Below are positions 1-6,644 of a stretch of 32,202 nucleotides of DNA, in pieces. The DNA comes from Lawsonibacter sp. (lineage in GTDB: Bacteria; Bacillota; Clostridia; Oscillospirales; Oscillospiraceae), in contig JAAWLY010000001.1 in the NCBI GenBank assembly GCA_022798155.1, forward strand, positions 1 to 32,202, in the 5' to 3' direction. Positions within the stretch are counted from its first letter, which is position 1. Each line of letters begins with the position of its first letter. The notes under the pieces are model-generated. The model saw only the letters and a list, made by a program, of their open reading frames with translations, made no database searches and was not told the origin of the DNA. The translations under genes and the position numbers were made by a program.

Positions 1-115
1 CGCCAGACGAAGCCAATTTGACGCAGGAATACTGGATGTATTTCAAGGAAAATTGGCAAAGCATGGCGGAAAAAGAGCCGTCGTTTGGGCATGTTGACAT
101 TTTTCAAACAAGCCC
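1..115 (+). mobile_element. MITE-like dispersed element, copy 1 (left end lies outside the window)
   Basis: Shares core GGAATACTGGATGTATT and right end CGTCGTTTGGGC..TTGACATTTTTCAAACAAGCCC with 6361-6522 and 20025-20174; followed by TA. Confidence 0.75.
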
Positions 116-1032
116 TAGTCGAGGATCAGGTCCTGGGCCCGGCCGGCCCGGAGGATATAGCTGTCCAGGTCGTGGTTCAGCAGATCCTTCATTTTGCGGG
201 ACAGCTCCATCACCTTGACGATGTCCACGCCGGTGGCAATGCCCATCTCGTCGCACATGTTGATGACATCCTCGGTGGAGATGTTGCCCGCCGCGTTTGG
301 AACAAAGGGGCAACCGCCCAGCCCGCCGAAGGAGCCATCAAACTGGGTCATGCCTGCCTCCATTGCGGCCAGGATGTTGGCGATAGCCAAGCCCCGGGTG
401 TTGTGGAAGTGGAGCCACCAGCTGACCTGGGGGTACTTCTCCCGTACCCGGGCGCACATCTCATAAACCTGGTTGGGCACCCCCATGCCCGAGGTGTCGG
501 ACAGAGAAATCTCGGTAATGCCCACCTTTAAGTAGGCCTCAATGATGGACTCAATGTCGCTCAGAGGGATGCGGCCTTCCCAGGGGGAGGCGAAGGGCAT
601 AGAGATGGAGCCGGAGATAGCGATGCCGTTGGCCTGGGCCTCCTTCACACAGTCGGCAAAGCCGGCCACGCTCTGCTCCGGGGTCATGTTCAGGTTTTTC
701 AGGTTGTGCTGCCGGCTGGCGGACACATTCAGCTTTACCTTCTTGCAGCCGCAGTCCGCCGCCCGCTTTACTCCCCGCAGGTTGGGGATCAGCGCCCGCA
801 GCTCCACGCCGGGGACCTGGCCCACCTCCTTATACACCTGGTCGGTGTCCGCCATCTGGGGGACGGCCTTGGGGTGCATAAAGGAGCCCACCTCAATCAC
901 CTTGAAGCCGGCGTCGATAAGCCCCCGGAGCAGTTCCACCTTCTTCTCGGTGGGCAGAATGGTCTTCTCGTTTTGCAGGCCGTCCCGCAGGCCGACCTCG
1001 CACAGGGTAATGGCAGAGGGTAAATTGTTCAT
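115..1032 (-). CDS. Hydroxymethylglutaryl-CoA lyase (DRE-TIM metallolyase)
   Basis: EVGLRDGLQNE, HFHNTRG and GLGGCPFVP..AGNISTED motifs; SD AGGAGG upstream. Confidence 0.92.
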   Translation of the reverse strand: MNNLPSAITLCEVGLRDGLQNEKTILPTEKKVELLRGLIDAGFKVIEVGSFMHPKAVPQMADTDQVYKEVGQVPGVELRALIPNLRGVKRAADCGCKKVKLNVSASRQHNLKNLNMTPEQSVAGFADCVKEAQANGIAISGSISMPFASPWEGRIPLSDIESIIEAYLKVGITEISLSDTSGMGVPNQVYEMCARVREKYPQVSWWLHFHNTRGLAIANILAAMEAGMTQFDGSFGGLGGCPFVPNAAGNISTEDVINMCDEMGIATGVDIVKVMELSRKMKDLLNHDLDSYILRAGRAQDLILD

Positions 1033-1170
1033 AGCTGGTACCTCCTATAATTTTTTGCGGTGTAACCCCGCTTTTTTCATCTGTTTTAATCATATCGGAA
1101 AGCTGGCTCAGAATCCAATACATGTTTTGGATGATACGATAGAAAACATACATAGACAGCAAAATAATAG

Positions 1171-1199
1171 TTGAGTTTTTTGTCCATTTAAGATATAAT
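1171..1199 (+). promoter_or_regulatory. Sigma-A-type promoter for the DegV gene
   Basis: TTGAGT-17 bp-TATAAT. Confidence 0.6.
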
Positions 1200-1264
1200 T
1201 ATACTATTACCCACCGGGCAGGGCCCGGTTACGGCCCGCTGGGCCACGAATCTAAGGAGGAAAC

Positions 1265-2164
1265 ATGAAGTTTCATATTGTCAGCGACAGCTCCTGCGAC
1301 CTCGGCCGGAAGGAACTGAAGCGGCTGGGCGTCAGCATGGTATCCTTCTATGTGGCCTTTGAGGATGAGGTCTACTACCGGGAGGAGCGGGACATCTCCA
1401 CCCACGACTTCTACCAGATGATGGCTGACCGCCCGGGCGTGTTCCCCAAGACCTCCATGCCCACTATGGAGGACTACCTGGAGGCCTTCCGCCCCCAGGC
1501 GGCCCAGGGCGTCCCCATCCTGTGTATCTGCCTGAACGCCGCCTTCAGCGGCTCCTATCAGTCCGCCTTGAATGCCGCCGCCGAGCTGAAAGAGGAGTAC
1601 CCCAAGGCCCAAATTCGGGTGCTGGACTCCACCCTGGCCACCGTGCTCCAGGGCCTGTTTGTAGAGGAGGCCGCCTCCCTCCGGGACGCGGGGCTTCCCC
1701 TGGACCAGGCGGCAGAGGCGCTGGCCCCCCTGCCCGCCACCGGGCGGATTTTCTTCACCACCAGCGACCTGGAGTACCTCCGCCACGGCGGCCGCATTGG
1801 CCGGGCGGCGGCAGCCACCGGCACACTGCTGAAGGTAAAACCCCTGATTGGCTACAAAGACGCCGGCCTGGTCTCTGACGGCATCGCCCAGGGGCGGAAA
1901 AAGTCGCTGATTAAAGTGCGGGAGCTGTTTTACCGCCACATCCAGCGGGAAAATATCAGCCTGGACGGCTACCGCCTGGCCACCGGCTTCGGCCTGGACC
2001 GGGAGGAACATCAGGCCTTCGCTCAGTCGGTTTATGACGGGCTTCTGGACCTGGGCCACGACCGGCCGGAGGTAAAAAAGCCCTACCAGATCGGTGTGAC
2101 CATCGGCGTCCACACCGGCCCCACCCCCATCGGCGTGGGACTGCTCCGCCGCGCCCTGCCCTGA
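1265..2164 (+). CDS. DegV family fatty-acid-binding protein (FakB-like)
   Basis: IVSDSSCDL, PKTSMP, FSGSYQSA, LEYLRHGGRIG, IGVHTGP motifs; SD AAGGAGG. Confidence 0.95.
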   Translation: MKFHIVSDSSCDLGRKELKRLGVSMVSFYVAFEDEVYYREERDISTHDFYQMMADRPGVFPKTSMPTMEDYLEAFRPQAAQGVPILCICLNAAFSGSYQSALNAAAELKEEYPKAQIRVLDSTLATVLQGLFVEEAASLRDAGLPLDQAAEALAPLPATGRIFFTTSDLEYLRHGGRIGRAAAATGTLLKVKPLIGYKDAGLVSDGIAQGRKKSLIKVRELFYRHIQRENISLDGYRLATGFGLDREEHQAFAQSVYDGLLDLGHDRPEVKKPYQIGVTIGVHTGPTPIGVGLLRRALP

Positions 2165-2186
2165 CCGGCCCCTTCATTGCCTAACC

Positions 2187-2220
2187 GCCCCCGGTTTTCT
2201 GTCCGAGCCGGGGGCCCTTT
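2187..2220 (+). terminator. Probable intrinsic terminator after the DegV gene
   Basis: GCCCCCGGTT...AGCCGGGGGC stem followed by a short T run. Confidence 0.5.
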
Positions 2221-2356
2221 GCTGCCGTCAGGAAATATCTGGGAATCTCTCCTTATTTAGAGCCTTTTGTAACGGTTTTGTCACTTGAATTTTACAGAAT
2301 ATGTGATATTCTTAAAGGGTACGGTTTCGACAGGGACAGACAGGAGGTGAGTGCCC

Positions 2357-3349
2357 ATGCCAAATGTTTACCGGGGGAAGCACCTGGCTCAAATCGGCCC
2401 AAAACATGTGCTGCGCTACCTCTGTGCGGCGATCCTGGTAGTGGCCGCCGCGGCAGCATTGGGCTTCTATCTCCAGAGCCAGTCCCTGCACTCCCCCAAC
2501 GCCACGCCGCAGCAGAACCCGCCTCCGACGGAGAATACCGCCGCCAGCGCCGGTCCCTCTGCCAGCGCCGCCCCCCAGGTCCCAGACTCCCCTGCCGTCC
2601 CGGCCTATGACTTCAGCCAGCCCGCCCCCGAAAGGGAGGCGGTGGACAACAGCTACTTCACCGACGCCGCCTTTGTGGGCGACTCCCGCACCGACGGCTT
2701 CATGCTGTACAGCGGCGTGGGCACCGGGAAAAACCTCACCTCAAACGGCCTGTCCATCTTCAAGCTGGACGAACGGAAATCCCTGACCGTGGGCGACAAG
2801 GAATATACCCTGCTGGAGGCCCTGGCACTGGAGGAATACGGCAAGGTCTACCTCTGCCTGGGGATCAATGAGCTGGGCATCTACCGGGACAACGACTTCT
2901 ACGAGAGCTACTGCTCCGCCATCGACCAGATCCGCCGGGTGCAGCCCAACGCCGTCATCTACATCCAGGGGCTGATTCCGGTTAATATCAGCGAGGTGGA
3001 GAACTATAACGGCAACAAGTATGGGCTGAGCAATGACCATCTGCGGGTGTACAACGATCTGATGCGCCAGGCCGCGGAGGAGAAGCAGGTGGTCTATCTC
3101 GACCTGTTCTCCGCCTTCGCCGACGAAAACGGCGAACTGCCCCAGGGGGCCAGCCGAGACGGTGTCCACCTGGGCAAAGACGCCTGCATGAAGTGGCTGG
3201 ACTATCTGAAAACCCACACCGTGGACTTTGACGTGCTGTACCCCAACGGCCCGCCCGCCATGGAACCGACTCAGCCCGACCAGCCGGCGGAGCCCCCGGC
3301 CCCCGCCCAGCCGGACACATCAACTGCTGATGGGAGTGTTTCTGGATGA
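2357..3349 (+). CDS. Membrane-anchored SGNH/GDSL hydrolase or O-acyltransferase
   Basis: N-terminal TM helix, Pro/Ala linker, FVGDSRT (block I), LGINE (block III), DGVHL (block V); SD AGGAGGTGA. Confidence 0.85.
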   Translation: MPNVYRGKHLAQIGPKHVLRYLCAAILVVAAAAALGFYLQSQSLHSPNATPQQNPPPTENTAASAGPSASAAPQVPDSPAVPAYDFSQPAPEREAVDNSYFTDAAFVGDSRTDGFMLYSGVGTGKNLTSNGLSIFKLDERKSLTVGDKEYTLLEALALEEYGKVYLCLGINELGIYRDNDFYESYCSAIDQIRRVQPNAVIYIQGLIPVNISEVENYNGNKYGLSNDHLRVYNDLMRQAAEEKQVVYLDLFSAFADENGELPQGASRDGVHLGKDACMKWLDYLKTHTVDFDVLYPNGPPAMEPTQPDQPAEPPAPAQPDTSTADGSVSG

Positions 3350-3852
3350 AAAAGATTTTATATATGACGCTGGCCCTGGCCCTGGCGCTGGCTCTGACCG
3401 CCTGCGGCGGGAAGGAGGAGAAGTACACCACCGAGGATGTCCAGGCTATGGTGGACGCCGGGGCCTTCTCCGAGGAGCTGGAGGAGCTGGACGGGGACAC
3501 CGCGTTTCTCCTCTACAAGCTGGCCGACTACGGCCTGGATGAGGGTGACGTGAAAACGTGCGCCGTCCTCCGCTCCGCCGGGGCCACCTGCGAGGAGGCC
3601 GCGGTGCTGGTGCTGTCCGACAACAAGCAGGCCAAGCGCGCGGCGGAGGGGCTGTATACTTATCTAAACGACCAGATCAAGGCCAATGAAAACTACCGGC
3701 CCGCCGAAATCCCCAAGCTGAAGGAGGCCTACCTCAGCATCAAGGGCAGCACCGTCCTGATGGTGGTGGCCAACGACCCGGAGGCCGCCAAGGCCGCGGT
3801 AGAGGGGGAGCCGTCCTTCACCAGTCCGGCGGGTACGGCCACAGCGCCTTGA
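3346..3852 (+). CDS. Lipoprotein, DUF4358-like
   Basis: Lipobox LTAC; Y.P.E..KL..A......G..VLMVV C-terminal pattern; ATGA overlap with the SGNH gene. Confidence 0.75.
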   Translation: MKKILYMTLALALALALTACGGKEEKYTTEDVQAMVDAGAFSEELEELDGDTAFLLYKLADYGLDEGDVKTCAVLRSAGATCEEAAVLVLSDNKQAKRAAEGLYTYLNDQIKANENYRPAEIPKLKEAYLSIKGSTVLMVVANDPEAAKAAVEGEPSFTSPAGTATAP

Positions 3853-3863
3853 GAAAGTGAACG

Positions 3864-3891
3864 ATCCCGCAGGCCAAGCCTGCGGGATTTG
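3864..3891 (+). terminator. Hairpin terminator after the DUF4358 gene
   Basis: ATCCCGCAGGC-CAA-GCCTGCGGGAT, 11-bp perfect stem; weak U tract. Confidence 0.55.
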
Positions 3892-3932
3892 CTCCTTGTT
3901 CCCATGAAATATGGCCGGAACAAAAAAACAGC

Positions 3933-3961
3933 TTGCGCTATTCCCCGATATGGAGTACAAT
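3933..3961 (+). promoter_or_regulatory. Sigma-A-type promoter driving the structured leader
   Basis: TTGCGC-17 bp-TACAAT. Confidence 0.65.
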
Positions 3962-3968
3962 GGTAGGC

Positions 3969-4170
3969 GAGGTAAATAAAAGGCAAGACGTGAGGGAATC
4001 CGACCTCCCTCACGCCTTTATGCAGGAGAATGGCCCTCCTACACAGCAGCAATGCTGCGCCAGCCCTCATTATATCGGATATGCCACCATTTTACAAGGG
4101 CGGTTTTGTGGGTTTGTGTCTTCATCTGCGGTGTGGGGTAATTTTATCCTGCGCCGCTTTTGTTTGCCTC
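3969..4170 (+). ncRNA. Candidate structured leader or ncRNA closed by a 14-bp 5'-3' helix and containing a terminator-like hairpin
   Basis: 3969-3982 pairs with 4157-4170 (two U-G pairs, valid only on the + strand); 13-bp hairpin 4128-4157 followed by TTTTGTTT; several internal hairpins. Confidence 0.55.
3974..4062 (-). ncRNA. Candidate cis-antisense RNA (~90 nt)
   Basis: Minus-strand promoter TTGTAA(4097-4092)-17 bp-TATAAT(4074-4069); minus-strand hairpin AAGGCGTGAGGGA/TCCCTCACGTCTT followed by GCCTTTTATTT. Confidence 0.55.
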
Positions 4171-4253
4171 AACAGGAGCAAACGCCCATGGGGGCCGGGA
4201 AGTCCCCACCCCCTGGGACGTCCTGTTGAGAAAACAGACAGGAGGATTTTAAG

Positions 4254-4970
4254 ATGAAGAGGCAAATCATATGGAAAAGGGCCCTGTGCGCCCTGCTGTC
4301 CGGGGCCCTGCTGCTCTCTCTGGCGGCCTGCGGCGGGAACAAGCCCAATAACGACGGAAATGACCCTTCGGGCGGGAGTCCGTCCGCAGGGACCTCCGGC
4401 GGGGGCGCATCCAGTTCGCCCAAGCAGGAAGCTCCCCCTACCCCGGCCAGACCAGCAGAATTTACCTTGGACACAACGCAGGTGCGGCTTCTCTGCGCCG
4501 ATGGAAAATATTTGGCTCTGGCTCTCTTTGATTGCCCCAAAACCGATAAAGGACTGAAAATATGCGACAAGTCCGGAAATGACACCGGAGCATATATGTA
4601 CAATCGGTATACCGGGATTACCCTGAAAAACGGGCTGTGGCTTGCAGATGCAGAAGAGTGGCCAAGCAAATACAGCGCTGACAGTATAGGGGTTTTGGTC
4701 ACTGACAATTCAGGTGCAGAAAAGCTGTTCACCGATATAGTGCCTATGGCAAAAGAGGAAATGGAGAGCGTCGGGCTCTTTACAATTAATGGATATGCGA
4801 CTTTTGCGGCAACTGGTAAAATTCATGCCAGCTCAAGTTCGGCTGAATTTAATGTGGTCGTCTATATGTTCTGCGACGGCGGCATTGATTCTTTGGAAAA
4901 TGCGGCGGATCGGTTCAAGTTCTATACGGAAGATGGAACAGCCTGGAGACTCCCACTGATAGAAGAGTAA
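4254..4970 (+). CDS. Lipoprotein of unknown function
   Basis: SD AGGAGG; signal peptide with lipobox LAAC; Gly/Ser/Pro linker; body visibly lower in GC than the host genes. Confidence 0.75.
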   Translation: MKRQIIWKRALCALLSGALLLSLAACGGNKPNNDGNDPSGGSPSAGTSGGGASSSPKQEAPPTPARPAEFTLDTTQVRLLCADGKYLALALFDCPKTDKGLKICDKSGNDTGAYMYNRYTGITLKNGLWLADAEEWPSKYSADSIGVLVTDNSGAEKLFTDIVPMAKEEMESVGLFTINGYATFAATGKIHASSSSAEFNVVVYMFCDGGIDSLENAADRFKFYTEDGTAWRLPLIEE

Positions 4971-4972
4971 TG

Positions 4973-5004
4973 AAAAAATCCCGGCCTTGCGGCCGGGATT
5001 TTTT
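4973..5004. terminator. Bidirectional intrinsic terminator
   Basis: AAAAAATCCCGGCC-TTGC-GGCCGGGATTTTTT between convergent genes. Confidence 0.85.
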
Positions 5005-6100
5005 ATGGGCTTCCGCCGGAGAGCCGACCGAAGTACCAGCCGGTGACCCCCTCCTTCTTGCACAGGGCGCCCCCCTGTATCCGCCGCACCACCGACAGCA
5101 CATCCCCCGGCTCCACGGGCAGGCGGTAGTCGGTGGAGTCCTCGCACCACAGCCGGTTCCCCTCCCGGCGGAGGTAGTCGGTGAGGATATACATAGTCCG
5201 CCCCGTCTCCAGGTGGCGGCACAGGGACAGCTCCTCCCCCTCTGTCAGCAGCTCCAGGTCCGCCCGGCCCCAGCGGATGTTGGTGGGGAAGGAGTTGGCC
5301 TTCTGGGGGTCCATAGCCACGGCGGTGGGCAGACCGTCCCAGGCGGTCCAGGAGAAGTCCTCGCTGTCCTCCGAGGGGAGGATCAGGGCGTTGAGTTGGC
5401 CATCCACCTTCAGCACACAGCCCCCGTCGATGGAGATAATCTTCCGGTCCCGGGTGAAGATGGGGGCGGCGGAGGGAATGTGGGGGTCGTAGAGGGTCAC
5501 CGGCCAGTGGCCCACAATAACCCACTTGTCAAAGGAGTGCCCCTGGCCCAGAAAATCGTCGTTTTTCATGCACCACCACCGCTCTAGTTCCTCCATCCCC
5601 TCCAGGGAGGGGACGCCCCCGTGAACGAACACCAGGTGGTCGGTCTCCAGGATGGTGGGCAGGGCCTTCAGCCAGGCCCACTCCTTCGCAAAGGCGGCAC
5701 GCAGGCCGGCCCGCAGCCGGGGCAGGTCCTCCAGCTGCTCAAAGCCCCCCTCCCGGGCCATCTGCCGGATGGCCGACTCCGGGTGCCGGGGGAGGTAGGA
5801 GGCAAAAAACCGCTCGTCCATCTCGTCGCTCTCGAAGAAGTTGAGAACCAGCTCGTCGCAGTTGCCGCAGACGGGGTACAGGGTGTGGGTCTTGGATAGC
5901 TCCATCAAATGGCGCAGCATGGCCAGGCTGTCCCGTCCCTTCTCCAAAAAGTCCCCCAGGGGGATGAGAATATCCTCCGGGGTCAGCGCCGCTTTGTCCA
6001 TCAGGGCCCGGAAAAAGGGGAGGTTTCCGTGGATATCACTGACCACCAGAATCCGCCGTCCCAGAGGAAACCGGGGCCGGACAACAATCGCTTTTTCCAT
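5003..6100 (-). CDS. Calcineurin-like metallophosphoesterase (PPP/PrpA-like) with a C-terminal extension
   Basis: SDIHG, LGDFLEKG, GNCD(E), VHGG, GHWP, IDGG motifs; start moved to ATG 6100 after SD GGAGG. Confidence 0.88.
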   Translation of the reverse strand: MEKAIVVRPRFPLGRRILVVSDIHGNLPFFRALMDKAALTPEDILIPLGDFLEKGRDSLAMLRHLMELSKTHTLYPVCGNCDELVLNFFESDEMDERFFASYLPRHPESAIRQMAREGGFEQLEDLPRLRAGLRAAFAKEWAWLKALPTILETDHLVFVHGGVPSLEGMEELERWWCMKNDDFLGQGHSFDKWVIVGHWPVTLYDPHIPSAAPIFTRDRKIISIDGGCVLKVDGQLNALILPSEDSEDFSWTAWDGLPTAVAMDPQKANSFPTNIRWGRADLELLTEGEELSLCRHLETGRTMYILTDYLRREGNRLWCEDSTDYRLPVEPGDVLSVVRRIQGGALCKKEGVTGWYFGRLSGGSP

Positions 6101-6204
6101 GGCAATTCCTCCCTGCAAAAAGATGGTTTAAGCATACCACAAAACAGGCGGAAATTTCAAGAGCCCTTCCACCACGGCGCGGGGTGTGCAGGGTTGCAGC
6201 AAAA

Positions 6205-6530
6205 GCCTCCTTTGGCAAAGGAGGTGGCGTCCGTGAAGCGGATGACGGAGGATTGTGTTTTGGCGAAGCTAAAACGTATGGAATAAACCTTGTTTGCCTC
6301 GCACGTTTCGCTTCGCGAAACACAATCCCCACCGCCTTTCGGGCGGAGCCCCTTTGCCTAGGCGCTGTTTGAGACATGGAAACATGCTCAACGACGCGGG
6401 ATTTCGCCGCCAGGCAAACACAATTTTTTGCCGGAATACTGGATGTATTGCAAGAAAAATTGGGGAAGCATGGGAACGAAAGATCCGTCGTTTGGGCGTT
6501 TTGACATTTTTCAAACAAACCCTAAGGGGC
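6205..6530. repeat. Composite palindromic element: two inverted REP-like units around a long central inverted repeat, with the right unit interrupted by a MITE
   Basis: Left unit GCCTCCTTTGGCAAAGGAGG...GACGGAGGAT (6205-6253); central IR 6250-6269/6310-6328; right unit 6325-6360 resumes at 6525-6530. Confidence 0.7.
6361..6522 (+). mobile_element. MITE-like element, copy 2 (complete, 162 bp, TA-flanked)
   Basis: Imperfect TIRs GGCGCTGTTTGAGACATG / CATTTTTCAAACAAACCC; TA on both sides (6359-6360, 6523-6524); no credible coding capacity. Confidence 0.8.
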
Positions 6531-6582
6531 CTTTCGGTGCAACGCTTTGGCTTACCGCTCTCCTCCCCCCCATAATTTCTAC

Positions 6583-6611
6583 TTGAAGGACAGGCGGTTT
6601 CGTGGTAGAAT
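6583..6611 (+). promoter_or_regulatory. Sigma-A promoter with extended -10 for murJ
   Basis: TTGAAG-17 bp-TAGAAT, preceded by TGn. Confidence 0.6.
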
Positions 6612-6644
6612 AGGACAATTGTTGAAAACTTTTACTTTTGAGGC

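Noticed and set aside
3366-3395. CTGGCC hexamer repeats as a phase-variable tract
   Set aside because: They simply encode the LALALA signal-peptide core, and in-frame unit changes would not switch expression.
3969-4170. 6S RNA, T-box or metabolite riboswitch assignment for the leader
   Set aside because: The length and closing helix suit 6S, but the interior is several local hairpins instead of a rod with a central bubble; no T-box UGGNACC, B12 box or c-di-GMP consensus was found.
3933-4257. 98-aa and 75-aa track ORFs over the leader
   Set aside because: One starts in the -35 box, and the other has its SD only 1 nt from the ATG; neither has protein-like composition.
6036-6575. Several 60-160 aa ORFs over the repeat region (also 18-218, 19962-20350)
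   Set aside because: They are translations of palindromic repeats; no transposase motifs.
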